From NCBI GenBank assembly GCA_964016885.1, contig OZ024761.1, forward strand, positions 29,450,001 through 29,514,000: a stretch of 64,000 nt of DNA, written 5' to 3'. Position 1 is the first letter of the stretch. Each line of letters begins with the position of its first letter. This stretch comes from Eledone cirrhosa. Its lineage: Eukaryota. Shown here one piece after another: positions 13,434-30,812 of this stretch. The position numbers were made by a program, and so were the translations under genes. Under the pieces are notes generated by a model, which had not been told where the DNA came from, did no database searches, and saw nothing but the letters and a program-made list of their open reading frames with translations.

Positions 13434-13734
13434 TAGATATATATATAACTATATATATATATAGTGAATAATATTAAATATAACCTGGTTACAAGTATGA
13501 ATATAGCTCAATGTAAAACATATATATATATAAAATTATATAAATTATATAAATAAGAAGAAGAATAGTTAGTCAAAATTTATCCAATCTTTTCTTCTTA
13601 GTACGTAAAAATTAACCAGATAAATAATCATTTAAATGGAGCTAAGTTTAAAATGTTATCGCTATTCCTTTATGAGGAACAGTCAGATAAAATTTAAATA
13701 TCTATCTATATATATATATATATAATATATAATG

Positions 13735-13876
13735 GAAAGTTCCTCGCTTAAGGGTATCACAAAAGGGTTGAACTGTTACATTTACAGGGGATAATTATGT
13801 AAATCTGAAATCGAAATTAACTGATCTTCTTGTATTTTCTTTTACCCAAAGCCAGGAACTTTTCAGCACCCTGGTA
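13735..13876 (+). mobile_element. Decayed mariner 3' end
   Basis: Ends ggaacttttcagcaccctgg-ta, the reverse complement of a mariner-type TIR similar to that at 26365. Confidence 0.5.
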
Positions 13877-13963
13877 TTAAATACTTTATATATATATGAC
13901 CGATGTTAGCATGAAAAATGGACATTAATGGCGATGATTATGATGATATACATATATATATTT

Positions 13964-14146
13964 ACTTTTAAAATATACCAAACACTGCTAATTATATTAT
14001 ATTTTAATTTAGATATGTTTCATCCTCAATATTTAAAATTGTATGTTGCCTTATGTACAGTTTATTATAATAGATCTCGTAATTTTGAGCCTTATAACTT
14101 CCTACAATTATCTGTTTTCCTATTTGAAAATGAATTACTTTATACT

Positions 14147-14210
<64 letters not shown>

Positions 14211-14339
14211 AGTTATAAGGGTCAAAAATATGAGATCTATTATAATAAACATAAGGCAACATACAATTTTAAATATTGAGGATGAAACGTATCTAAATTA
14301 AAATATAATATAATTAGCAGTGTTTGGTATATTTTAAAA

Positions 14340-14341
<2 letters not shown>
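13964..14341. mobile_element. Long inverted repeat element (~130-bp arms) in TA microsatellite
   Basis: 13964-14099 is the near-perfect reverse complement of 14211-14341. Confidence 0.85.
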
Positions 14342-14402
<61 letters not shown>

Positions 14403-14637
14403 TATCATCATCATCACCATTTAACATCCATATTTTCATGATAGCATCGATCATATATATATATATATATATATACATACACACACATACATATATATGT
14501 ATGTATATATATATATTTATATATATATGTATATATCATGGTCATGTTTGTGATCGTGAATGTCACGTGTGTTTGCTGATGGGTAAGGGTAGGAGAAGTG
14601 AGGAAGAAAAAGATCACCACATACTTTCTCTAGCCAG

Positions 14638-14810
14638 CATCATCATCATCATCAACATTTAATGTCTATCTTCCACGCTAGCATGGGTTTAGATGGGAAT
14701 TTGTCCTACTTGAAGCAAGATTGGTCGGGTGACCATGTCTCGCTCGTATAGGACTGCCTGGCAGGTTTTCTATGGCTGGATGCCCTTCCTAACACCAACC
14801 ACGTTTACAA
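14638..14810 (-). mobile_element. SINE family B 3' part
   Basis: (cat)n-tttaa..ttccacgctagcatggg..ggatgcccttcctaacaccaacc; also at ~34806, 44449, 49075, 52977, 60460. Confidence 0.8.
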
Positions 14811-15147
14811 CATAGGTATGTATATATGTATGTATGTATGTATATACATATATGTGTGTGTATGTTCTCCATTTCATTGATGTTACTAAAGGATTGTTTA
14901 TATAATTGTGGTTTCAATAATAAACAAAACTTCTGTAGCTAAGTCTTCAATATCAATGATGGATCTGGTGTAGAAATGCCGCTACATATATATATATATA
15001 CATACATACATATACACATAGATATACCACCACATACACCCATAGACATAGACATACAAATATATATATATATATATACACACATACATAGCACCACATA
15101 CACACATAGACAAAGACACATACATATAGATAGACAAACCACCACAT

Positions 15148-15260
<113 letters not shown>

Positions 15261-15297
15261 CATACATATATATATATACACATACATATATATATAT

Positions 15298-15410
<113 letters not shown>

Positions 15411-15827
15411 CATATACACACATACATAGATACGTCACCACACACACACATACCCTATACATACACACACATACCACATACATACACACAAACAAGCTTA
15501 CAAACATATATAAACATACGCATATACAACCACATGCATACGCACACATACATACACAAACAAATGAAAAACATAAACACACAAATACACATACAAACAC
15601 ATATATACACAAACAAATACAAACATACACAAACACACACACTACATCCATACATATACACATATAAACATACACACTCAAGTACATTTACATCCACTAA
15701 TAAATATGTGTAGGTTTAATCTAGTTTGTAATTAAGATCTTGCCCTCAGCTGGGTTCTTGCATGTTAAACTATAATGGATGAAAGATAAACAAGAAAACA
15801 ACATACATAAAGCCATATTATTATTAT

Positions 15828-16452
15828 CGGTGGATTGGCAGTATCGGTAGAGGGTCGGACGCCATGCTTTGATGCATAGAGTTACGGCCCTTGCTATTCT
15901 GAGTTCAAATCCCGCCGAGGTTAACTTTGCCTTTCATCCTTACGGGGTTGATAAAATAAAGTACCAGTAATGCACTGGGTATTTGCTGACCTTGTGCCTA
16001 AAGTAGAAACAATTATTATTGGGGTGGTGGGATAGCAGTATCGGTAGAGTGTATTGGTAAAGCAGTAGGGTCAATTTAATCGACTTTCCCCCTCTCCCAA
16101 AACTGCTGGCCTTACGCCTAAATCAGAAACCAAGGGCAGAGGATTGACAGTATTGGTAGAGCATTCGACACCCTGCTTCATAACAGAGTTACGGCCCTTT
16201 GCATTCTGAGTTCAAATCCCGCCGAGGTTAACTTTGCCTTTCATCCTTACGGGGTCGATAAAATAAAGTACCAGTAATGTACTGAGTAATTGCTGGCCTT
16301 GTGCCAAAAGTAGAAACAATTATTATTAGGGCAGTGAATTGGCAGTATCAACAAAGTATCAGACAATGAGCTTTGCAGCATAGAGTTACATCCCTTTACA
16401 TTCTGAGTTCAGATCCTGCCAAGTACCAGTTACACACTGGGGTTGATGTAAT
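15828..16452 (+). mobile_element. Head-to-tail stack of four SINE family A copies or fragments
   Basis: Heads at ~15828, 16021, 16134, 16329, each following the previous tail. Confidence 0.88.
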
Positions 16453-16454
16453 TG

Positions 16455-17450
16455 TTTGTAGTATCTTTATTAATAGACAGATTGTTGTGAAAATTTGTAA
16501 TATTAGTGTAGAGACTTTCATTTTTAATGTGATGTAGTCATAGTGTTGCTTTGTACTTTTGGAGAAGGTCTTGTTAAAGTGGTTTCATGAGGTTGTTAAT
16601 TCAAACGTTTGTAGTATCTTTACTAATAGACAGATCATTGTGAAAAGTTGTAGTATTAGAGTAAAAACTTTCATTTTTAATGTCATGTAGACATAGCGTT
16701 ATTTTGTACTATCCAAGAATATCTTGTTTTCCTTCTTGTCGTGTCCACAAGAGTGTCAGTTACAAATCTTGGCTAGATGAGGTTCCACCACAGCTGAACA
16801 CATTGCTGTTCTTTCTCATTAAACTCTGCCAAGTCTGTTGCTGTCCAGGGGTATTCCAGGAGGGGGAATATCAGGAGGTGCTGCGTAGTCTGTGGTTCGA
16901 TGTCACAGTCACACACAATGTCCCCATCCTTTAAATACCCCCATTTTGCAAGATTGACTTTTGCACATCCAACACCAGATCTGTTGAGGCATTTCCACAT
17001 TGCATAGTTTGTATCTGCTCCAAGGGGCAGTACCTCGCTTGGCTTTAGCTCCATTGGTGTTACAGATGGGACGTTAAGTTTTTTTTCACAGCTAGTGACT
17101 TTTTCACTACTTATGCTTGTTATTATGGTTTCATGCGGATTGTTAATTAAAATTGTTTCTAGTATCTTTACTAATAGACAGATCGTTGTGATATTTTGCA
17201 GTATTAGAGTAAAGACTTTCATTTTTAATGTGATGTTGTCATAGTATTGTTTTGTACTTTTCAAAATACCTTGCTAATGTGGTTTCATGTGGCACTGTAA
17301 TAATTTTGCCAAAAAATATCTAAAAATGACTTTATCAATTCAAATAATTCTAGTAATTTATTATAAGACAGGCAGTTATGAAACTTTGCAATGTGGTGTG
17401 ATCACAGAGCAGTTTTGTACTTATTGACAATATTTTGCTAACTGTGTTAG
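16455..17450. repeat. Dispersed ~150-190-bp repeat unit in short tandem runs
   Basis: tagtatctttactaatagacagat..ttgtga..tattagagtaaagactttcatttttaatgtgatg at ~16459, 16612, 17160; related at 33640-33840, 38375-39345, 59668. Confidence 0.75.
16725..17075 (-). mobile_element. 5'-truncated Vingi/RTE-X-like LINE 3' end (decayed zinc-knuckle region)
   Basis: Translates WKCLNRSGVGCAKVNLAKWGYLKDGDIVCDCDIEPQTTQHLLIFP...DLAEFN..QLWWNLI* (W..LNR..GVG, KWG, C.C..QT..HL motifs); short UTR ending ggacacgacaagaag. Confidence 0.8.
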
Positions 17451-17464
17451 ACTGACCAGTTGGA

Positions 17465-18105
17465 GCACTCTCCCTAACTGCTGTATGTTGGTAATAGTAG
17501 AGGAGAGAAAGAGTGCAGGAGAGAGGGCAAGGGAGAGAGAGAGAGAGGGAGAAATTACATCTAGGACTATTCACCATTCCCTAACTACTGCAGTATATTG
17601 GCAATAGTAGGAGAGAGAGAGAGGGAGGGAAGGAGGAAGGGTGAGATAGAGAGAGAGAGAGAGCAAGAGAAATAGAGACCAAGAAAGAGAGAGAGAAAAA
17701 GAGAGAGAGAGAGAGAGAGAGAGAGTGAGGAAGGAAGAGAGAGCAACAGAGAAAGTAAGAGACAGAGAGAGGAAGAGAAGTAGCAATCATTATGAAATTA
17801 CACCTAGGACTATTTCTTAACTGTAGTATGTTGGTAATAGTAGGGGAGAGAGAGGGAGCAGGAGAGAGAGAGAGAGAGAAAGAGATGTAGCCATTATTAT
17901 GAAATTAGATCTAGGACCGCTCACCATTTCCCCCAACCTACAGTAGTGTGTTAGTAACAGTAGGGGAGAGAGAGGGAGGAAGGGTGATATAGAGAGAGAG
18001 AGAGCATGAGAGAGAGTAAGAGAGAGAGGTAGCCATTATTATGAAATTAGATCTAGGACTGCTCACCATTTCCCCCAACCTACAGTAGTGTGTTAGTAAC
18101 AGTAA
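17465..18105. repeat. Tandem unit carrying an internal (GA)n, 4-5 copies
   Basis: tattatgaaattagatctaggac..tcaccatt..gtagtatgttggtaatagtagg then (GA)n, repeated. Confidence 0.8.
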
Positions 18106-19138
18106 TTACTGACCAGTTGTGAAATCATATTAAACTGGAGTAACCTAACTTAAAGGTATCAAACTTAAAGTCTCTAATATCAGGAATGAACAACAAATAG
18201 GTGTGCGTGTGTGTGTGTGTGGATGAGTGTTAGTGTGTGTTTGTGATAGTGTATGTGTGTGGATATCTGTGTGTGCGTGTATGTGTTTTTGCCCATCTAC
18301 AAGTGTGTTTGTGTGTATCTGTCTGTGTGTGTATGCATTTGTGTGCCTGTGTTAGTGTGTGTGTGTGTATTCATGTGTGTGTGTGTTAGTGTGCGTATAT
18401 TCATGTGCACGTGTGTGTGTGTGTTAGTGTATGTGTGTGTATGTGTTTTTGCCCATGTACAAGTGTGTTTGTGTGTATCTGTCTATGTGTGTATGCATTT
18501 GTGTGCCTGTGTTAGTGTGCGTGTATTCATGTGTGTGTGTGTGTGTGTTAGTGTGCGTATATTCATGTACATGTGTGTGTATGTGTGTTAGTGTATGTGC
18601 ATGTCTGCGTGTGCATATGTCTACACATGCATATGGGTGTGTGTGTTAGTGTGTCTACTATGAGTGTATGCCTATGTGTGAGACAGTGTGTGGATGTATG
18701 TTAGAGTTTGTATGTATGTGTATGTCTACATATGCACATGTGTGTGTCTAACATCGTATGTCTCTATGTATGGCTATATATGTGTTAGTGTGTCTATGAG
18801 TGCATGTCTGTGAGTGTGTGTGTGTATTAGTGTGCGTGTGTGTGTGTGTGTGTGGACTAATACCATTTTCTATTGGTTCTTAATGGATCGAAACAATCAA
18901 ATCGACACCTGATTACATTTATCAGCTTACGTGTGCTACAAGCTAAGAGTGTGTCTGTGTGTGTTTCCATATGTGAGTGTATGTGTGTGTTACAAGTTAA
19001 GTATATGTCTGTGTATGTGTGTATGCGTATGTGTGTGTGTGTGTGTGCTATAAGCTAAGTGTTTAGGTGTCTGCATGTATGTGTATTTGTACAGGAACAG
19101 AAACATTTCTGGATTTATTTTACATTCACTTCCACATA

Positions 19139-21750
<2,612 letters not shown>

Positions 21751-21751
21751 T

Positions 21752-21941
21752 TAAATGAGTTGATAATACAACCATATAAATGCAAAGAACATCATAATTT
21801 GAAGACATGTAAGGCAAATATTATTTGTATTTAACCGATTCTGATGAGCTTATTACAACAGGAATGAAATATTCCAGTTATTATATCAAAACGGTTTGTA
21901 AGTGAATTAAATGCTTTAATTTAAATCATTCTTAATCCTCA

Positions 21942-21945
<4 letters not shown>
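21752..21945 (+). mobile_element. Probable Penelope-like 3' remnant with degenerate hammerhead
   Basis: CTGATGAG at 21841, internal hairpin ggaat-gaaat-attcc, then aaaacggtttgta (GAAA box mutated); TA tracts on both sides. Confidence 0.45.
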
Positions 21946-21978
<33 letters not shown>

Positions 21979-21981
<3 letters not shown>

Positions 21982-22202
21982 TTATTAAAATAACAGATTA
22001 AAGTTTAAGCAAAGAATCGCTGCTTTCACGCTTAACGGGATCTTCTGAAAAGATCCTGTTAAGGGTGAAAGCAGCGATTCTTTGCTTAAACTTTAATCTG
22101 TTATTTTAATAAATATTTGCTCTACGGTTCTTATATATTTGATATATATTTATCCTTATCGAGCCCTCTTTGGATTTTAGTCTTCAAATTTATTATTATT
22201 AC
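21979..22202 (+). mobile_element. Fold-back element: 66-bp arms plus ~87-nt tail (Penelope-like)
   Basis: 21979-22044 pairs with 22050-22115 (2 mismatches); tail end ggattttagtcttc..tttattattattac also present at ~61390. Confidence 0.8.
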
Positions 22203-22454
22203 TATATATATATATATATATATATACATATATAAATATAATTTCAGCGAGATCGAAGTTCGGCAGTGGTCTAAAACAAAGCGAAACGCAATATCCGAGT
22301 TATGCAGCAAGCCCTCCATGGACTAAAAAAGACCAGAGCAATAAACATAGGTTATAGAGGCCAAACTAACTGAGAATGGCGATCAAGAAGCCATCAGCCA
22401 CCTAAGCCAAAAAAACGAAGCAAGCCAAACAGGTCAAACAAAATATACATATAT

Positions 22455-22580
22455 AACAAAGGAAGTGTGGTCAGGGACCAGGTGGACCATAATGCACCAG
22501 AGTACTCACTACTTTGGGTAGTAGAGTGGGTAATAGGAAAAGAGACAGGACCCCAACGGCAGAGCTCAAGCCGTTTCGAC
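22455..22580 (-). mobile_element. Fold-back family F1 copy 1 (no inversion), 3' half of hammerhead plus tail
   Basis: Minus strand gtcGAAAcggc ttgagctct gccgTT ggggtc...tta; homologous to 34638, 42761, 54395. Confidence 0.8.
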
Positions 22581-22594
22581 ATATAATATATATA

Positions 22595-22798
22595 TGAGTC
22601 CTGGCTTCAATTGGGGAGTAACCACAGTAAGTTAGGTATTCAATATATTGGTAGAGTGTATACAACAAATTTAATATAGAAATGGCTTTTACAGGGCTAC
22701 AACTGTTTCATTCAAAAGAAATAATCAGAGCTTTCCTAATGATTTCCTGTAATGAGCCCTGTAGAAGCCATTTTTATATAAAATTTGTTTTATATACA
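22595..22798 (-). mobile_element. Fold-back family F2 copy: ~42-bp arms plus ~60-nt tail, degenerate hammerhead
   Basis: Arms 22657-22698 and 22755-22798; minus strand CTGATTA-tttc tttt gaat-GAAA-cagttg-TA; relative at 49880-49980. Confidence 0.7.
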
Positions 22799-23426
22799 TA
22801 TACATATATACATATATATATAAGCGAAGTCATCTCAAATATTTTGGAGTGTGAATGTATTAGAATTTGCAGAATAGTGAGAATTAAATCTAAGGAAACG
22901 GTTAAAGGCACAAAATGCCATCAATGACAGCATCAGGTAAAATTGATCTCAAAGGATAGAAACCAGTGGCTAGAAGTGTGTTGGCCCTCAGAAATGATAG
23001 GAAGAAAGGAGAAAAGGAAAAGATGGACAAGAGAAGAACACACAAACATTTATATACACTCATCAGCTTTTACAGTGGCTGTGATTTCAACGATTTAACT
23101 AAAAGTACCACGTAAAACAGACGGCTCATGCAACAGAGAAATAAATATTTCTGTTGGTATGATGTTTGTGTGAGGAACAAACAGATTAGATAGACAGACA
23201 GACAGGTCAGAGAGCAAGAGAAAAGACAACAACAAAGACATTGGCTGCAAAGGTGGTAGTGAGCAGAAATGCTGAGCAGGAGTGACAACCACCTCTGCAG
23301 CCAATGTTGACCTCAGTGGGATTTGAACACAGAGTGCAGAGGGGCAGAACAAATACTGAGTCATGTTTAATACAACATCCTCACAATTCTACCAACAGTT
23401 TACCATCTTCCTGGCCACCATATTTA

Positions 23427-23638
23427 CCCTTTAGCACTTACATTACTCTACATCTACTGTTATATTTTCACAGTAAAAGCTTTATCTCACATTATATCAA
23501 ATATATGAAATTTTTTTATATTATTTATTTTGAGAAAACAATACCTTAACATAAGTATGAGTGGCCAGTTACAGCCAGTTTGAACAGAAAGAGGTGAGAG
23601 AATTCTGGCCGGATACAGCAGGTTTAAATACTAAAGGG
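23427..23638. mobile_element. piggyBac-type MITE PB-A
   Basis: ccctttagcactta ... taaatactaaaggg-ttaa; body matches 1852-2057. Confidence 0.85.
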
Positions 23639-24344
23639 TTAAGAGAAAGAAAATGTCATGCAATAGATCCAACATTCACACAATTCTACCAACAATTTAC
23701 CATCTTCCATGCCACCATGTTAAGAGAAAGAAAAAGCCACTCGATAGCTCCAACATTCTCTCAATTCTACCAACAATTTACCATCTTCCAGGCCACCATG
23801 TTAAGAGAAAGCCAATAAAGAGAATGGAAAGTATGAAATAGTGTATTTATTCAAACAAGTGTTAAATGATGTAACAATGTATTGGAAATGTTTGGACATT
23901 TTTACTAGGTGAACGGTCACATTATTAGCTCCTCTATATTATTGACCAATGCCAGTAAGCTTGGCCAATGGCTGGATGTTAACATTATCACAGTGTATGG
24001 ATGTATGTGGCACATGTGTATGTATATATATATATATATCAGAATTAATGTACACACACACATGCATGTATACAAATATATATATATATTTGTATACATA
24101 TATATATCAGAATTAATGTACACACACACATGCATGTATACAAATATATATATATATTTGTATACATATATATATCAGAATTAATGCACACACACACACA
24201 TGCATGTATACAAATATATATATATATGTGTATATATACATATATACATATATATATATATATGTATATATATATGTATATATATATATATTTTAATAAA
24301 TATATATGTATATGTAAATGACCCCATTGAGTCTAAACTCTAAG

Positions 24345-24384
<40 letters not shown>

Positions 24385-24738
24385 AAATTAATGCACACAC
24401 ACACACACACACATGCATGTATACAAATATATATATATATATTTGTATACATGCATGGATATATACATGTGTGTGTGCGTGAATATTCATATATATGAGT
24501 GTATGTGTATTAATTTGTGTATATATATACAAATTAATACACATAAACACATATAAATGAATACACACACACATGTATATATATCTACTCATGCGCACAT
24601 ACATCCAAGTATCTATTTGTGCAGAACCATTTGTGTATGTATAGGTGAATATATGAATATGTAAATGTTTGTATATATATATAAGTGTGTGTGTGTATAC
24701 ATATATATATATATATGCATACATATATACATATAAAC

Positions 24739-24772
<34 letters not shown>

Positions 24773-25077
24773 TTTTTTTTTATATATAAATATATATATA
24801 TATATATACACACATGCACACAAACACACATGAATATGTTATGTTATGTATAATAAACATCTGGATGAGAAAAATAGACACCAGCATAAGCTCCATTAAT
24901 CTGAGAATATATTCTGTGGCACTGATTGGTGTCGTAAAACCTCACAACCAGTTAAAGATGATTATCAGGAAATGGCTAACAGCAACTAATATTAATAAAT
25001 CTAAAACATAAACCACATTGGCAGTCCATACCCATACCTCCACACATACACACATATATATATATATATGTAATGTA

Positions 25078-25112
<35 letters not shown>

Positions 25113-25221
25113 GTAATATATATATGTAATATATATATGTAATATATATACGTATGATGATGATGATATATATATATATATGTGTGTAATATATATATGT
25201 AATATATTATATATATATATG

Positions 25222-25314
<93 letters not shown>

Positions 25315-25419
25315 TATATATATATGTAATATATATATATATATATATATTACATATAAATGAAAGGTATAGAAATTGTTTTAGCGAGAAGCTAATAGTA
25401 TTCTATAACATATATATAT

Positions 25420-25461
<42 letters not shown>

Positions 25462-25505
25462 ATATATAATATATATATATATATATGTAATATATATATA
25501 TATAT

Positions 25506-25569
<64 letters not shown>

Positions 25570-25625
25570 CATATATATATGTGTATATGTAAAATATATA
25601 TATATTTATATAATATATTTATATG

Positions 25626-25694
<69 letters not shown>

Positions 25695-25698
25695 TATG

Positions 25699-25733
<35 letters not shown>

Positions 25734-25856
25734 GGGAGGGAGAGAGAAAAGAACATAAGAAAGAATAATGGAGGAAGAGTCCACCATTCAGCAACTAATC
25801 AATCAACAAAACCACTTTACCCCAGACACTCCACCCTGCCACCCAATATATATTCA

Positions 25857-25932
25857 CAAGGTGTCCCAAAAAATGGATACACACTTCAACAGCATTCTAA
25901 TAAATATGTGTATACATTTTTTAGGGACACTG
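25857..25932. mobile_element. Internally deleted copy of the Tc1-type MITE
   Basis: caaggtgtcccaaaaaatggatacac ... gtgtatacattttttagggacactgtg. Confidence 0.7.
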
Positions 25933-26019
25933 TGTATATAAAGATCTCATATCCTCAACAATTGATTATTATCATTATTGATGAGAATTCCAAGTACCTG
26001 GGTACAATAAATTTAGTGT

Positions 26020-26330
26020 TGTTGTGGTTGCTGTTTAACCCCAGGTCAATACAAAACCATCTGTAGTCAGTGAGAGGTGAACCAGCTGTGATTGTGGTCA
26101 CCTATCACATAACTGATATAAAGTAGTTGTTTAACCCTAGGTCATACAGGCCACCTATAATCATCAGAGATGTACCAGCTGTGTTCTGATCATGGTTACC
26201 CAACCCACTCCACAGATATAAAGTAGTTGTTTAAACCTAGGTCATACAGGCCACCTATAGTCAGTCAGAGATGTATCAGCTGTGTTCTGATCATGGTTCC
26301 CCCACCCCACCCCATCACAGATATCAAGAT
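26020..26330. repeat. ~95-bp tandem repeat, 3 copies
   Basis: gttgtttaaccctaggtcatacaggccacctata..agagatgtaccagctgtg repeated. Confidence 0.8.
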
Positions 26331-26364
26331 CTTATGTATATAAATTATCAAAAGATTAACAATT

Positions 26365-26560
26365 TACGAGGGCTGGTTGAAAAGTTCATAGACTGACTAA
26401 GATACTCTCATGGAATGTCACCAAATGCGGTTTATTTTTCAACATAGACCCCCTTGCAGTCCACACAAGTCTTCCATCAGTGTTGCAGTGCTTGGATCCC
26501 GTTGGTGGAGAAGCTTTTATCCTGTTAATCAAAAAAGTCAATAGCAGCAGATATGACATC
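26365..26560 (-). mobile_element. Mariner element 3' end (TIR plus decayed transposase C-terminus)
   Basis: TIR ta-cgagggctggttgaaaagttc; minus strand reads DVISAAIDFFD*QDKSFSTNGIQALQH*WKTCVDCKG.YVEK* (GI..L..RW.KC...G.Y.E motif). Confidence 0.85.
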
Positions 26561-26704
26561 GATTGTTAGTTTTTGTTTTGAACCATTTCATTTCACATTT
26601 GAAAAGAGGGTTCTAACCCTGAAATATTATGTTGAAATATACTGGGTAAAACATTACTTTGTCTTGCTTTATTTGTCATCCTTTGCCCTTTATATGTTTC
26701 TACT

Positions 26705-27087
26705 GGTCATAAATCTTGGGTAATGACCAAAAGAATTCTCTCACAAATACAAGCGGCTGAAATGAGATTCCTTCGAAGGGTCTTTGGAGTAACGTTACTC
26801 GATAAGGTCTGTAGCTCAGAGATCAGAGAGTCACTCCAGGTAGAGCTGCTACTTCTCCGAATTGAGAGATCACAGCTGTGATACTATGGGCATGTGGTTA
26901 GAATGTCTCAGGAAAGGATCAACTGGACAGATTTTACGGGCAAAACCAACTTGGAGTAGACTCCAAGCAAGATGGTTTGATAACATCCACAAGCTTGGTT
27001 GGTCCCACTGAGGGGGGGGGGGTCCAGCCAGATCAGTTGGAAACAGTTGTTTCTGACAGGATCTACTGGAAGGAGTTTTTGAGGACT

Positions 27088-27119
<32 letters not shown>

Positions 27120-27155
27120 CACGACCTTCTCAGGAATAAGTGGGCGAAGAAGATG
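26705..27155 (+). mobile_element. RTE-clade LINE 3' fragment (pseudogenised)
   Basis: GHKSWVMTKRILSQIQAAEMRFLRRVFGVTLLDKVCSSEIRESLQVELLLLRIERSQL*YYGHVVRMSQER, typical of the RTE post-RT region (EM.FLRR, GHV.RM). Confidence 0.9.
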
Positions 27156-28043
27156 TGTCTACTGCATTGTACTGACATTGTACTGACAACTTATCAGTCA
27201 TTTATTAGCTAGATTGAAGACAATATTATAGTAAATAGACAAGCCTGGGAGCTGAACCACTTGATATCGAGAGGAAATTATGGAATCTTTGCTAAAACAA
27301 ATTTACTTTTTGATCTTAGCAAAGTTTAAAGGAAAAGAGAGGTAAAATAAAGAAGAAAAAGATAACTGGGTGCTAAAAACTAAGAAGAAAGTGAATAAAA
27401 AAAATAAGAAAAGTGAAAATTTATAGATTTATAAACATACATTCAATTTCATTTACATACTCATACACTGACACCTATACAGACACATACACACATATAT
27501 ACACAGACACACACATACAGACAAGCATATATGCACAGACACATACTTACACATAAACACACACACAAACACATACAGATGCACACATACATACATACAT
27601 GAGCATACTTATACACAGACACACATACAGACGCACCGCATACATACATACACACACAAGTACACATACATGCATACACACACAGACACACACAGAGACA
27701 CACACGCATACAAACACAGACACACACGAACACAGACACACACAGAGACACACACATACAAACACAGACACACAGAGAGACACACACATACAAACACGGA
27801 CACACACGAACACAGACACACACACATACATACACATACAAACACAGACACACACACACTCAGACATACACACAGACACAGATACACATGCAGAAAAGAA
27901 AAGGAAACAAAATGAAAGAGAGTCCATTAATAACAGAGGAAGATGAAGAAAAATGTGAATACTTCAGCAAGTAACAACTGCGTAACTTTAAAGAAAATAT
28001 ATTATGAATGTTGTTTGTATTAGAAAGTATAAACAAGAATAAT

Positions 28044-28108
<65 letters not shown>

Positions 28109-28626
28109 GTATATATATGTATATTTATATATATATATGAGTGCGTATATGTATATATATATATATATATATACATGTGTGTATATATATATAGATATAT
28201 ATAGATGAGCGTATATATATATATAATGGATAATGGCGCATGTTGGACAAAATATATATATATATATGTGTGTGTGTTGTGTTAAATGGGGATGATAATG
28301 ATGATGATATATATGTATATATTTATATGCATATATATATATATATATACATATACACACACACACATATATATACACATATATATCCATATATATATAT
28401 ACACACACACACACATATATACCCATATATATATGGAAATATATCTACACATATATATATCCAAATATATATATATATACACACACCACTCTCACCAAGC
28501 ATTAAATTAATAATATTTATAACATTCAGTCTTGCGTTTGTCTATTTTTATTTTCTGTTATTCCGAACTATATATATATATTAAAATATAAGTATTAATA
28601 AAATAGATGTTCCTTTGATCAATTAC

Positions 28627-28679
28627 ATTTTATTATACATATTTCGGATGTACAACAGTACGTCCTCATCAGACAAAAT
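28627..28679 (-). ncRNA. Type I hammerhead ribozyme (inverted-arm copy)
   Basis: Exact reverse complement of 28747-28799. Confidence 0.85.
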
Positions 28680-28746
28680 ATAATGATAGACTACCTTGAT
28701 TAAATCTTAACCATTTAACATCTCAGGGTATGTCATGTATCATTAT

Positions 28747-28799
28747 ATTTTGTCTGATGAGGACGTACTGTTGTACATCCGAAATATGTATAATAAAAT
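28747..28799 (+). ncRNA. Type I hammerhead ribozyme, complete core
   Basis: ATTTTGT-CTGATGA-GGACGTAC tgtt GTACATCC-GAAA-TATGTA-TA/ATAAAAT: 7-bp stem I, stem II with one mismatch, near-palindromic stem III, predicted cleavage after 28792. Confidence 0.85.
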
Positions 28800-29289
28800 G
28801 TAATTGATCAAAAGAACGTCTATTTTATTAATACTTATATTTTAATATTAATAACTCCAGAAAATTATTTTTAACTGTTGAGTGCTTCCAATCTACTGTA
28901 AATCTCATTCTTTGACATAATCATTGAATATTGTTTAACACTTTTATATATATATATATATATATATAGATAATTTAATATATCAACTAACATAGGCGCA
29001 CAGATGCACGTCCATGCCAGCAAATACACAGGTTATGTATATATATATATCTATATATATACATAGACACACACATTTCTATGCATGGACAAAATATATG
29101 CACAAAAGTGTATGTGTATGTATACAAAAGTGGACTGAAAGTCCATAGGCTGACTATGTAGGAGTAACGCTAGAGCTGTGAAATCTTACATGCATTAATT
29201 TCAACTCTTCTTAATAGCTGCATTGTATGGATGCATTTACATGTAAATGCGTGTGTGTATATACATGTGTGTGTGTATGCATCAGAGTA

Positions 29290-30427
<1,138 letters not shown>

Positions 30428-30812
30428 AGGAGTATAAACCTAGCGACTAAATACATCAAACGGAATTATTGACAAGATGAAGGATGGTGTAGAGTTGCAA
30501 GAAATGTGATAAGTAAAAGTGTTTTTGAAAATTAAGAGGGTGATGAAGGATTACCATTTCCTCACACCCACCACAACCACTCGTTTTATGAAAATGAAAA
30601 AAAAAATTATATTTTTTTTGTAAATAAATTGTTTGTTTAAAAAGAATATCATTTGATTTATTTGTTGATCAGTTTCTTTGTGAGTTTTCATTCATGTTTT
30701 GTGTTGTAATTGTTGTTGTTATTTTGGTATTGATAATATCACATACATATTGGCAATACTCCCATGATTTCTCAAAGACCTGCTGCAGTGTAAATATTTA
30801 CTAGATAGAGTG

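Larger units (their letters stand above)
28579..28944 (+). mobile_element. Fold-back Penelope-like insertion: 110-bp arms, 49-nt spacer, ~97-nt tail
   Basis: 28579-28688 is the near-perfect reverse complement of 28738-28847; TA tracts at both ends; hammerhead in each arm. Confidence 0.88.

Noticed and set aside
13560-13700. LIKE..LN-like GIY-YIG tail on the minus strand
   Set aside because: Only visible after assuming frameshifts; too weak.
16773-17264. 163-aa ORF as a host gene
   Set aside because: Chance fusion of a dispersed repeat (N-terminal part) with a truncated LINE C-terminus.
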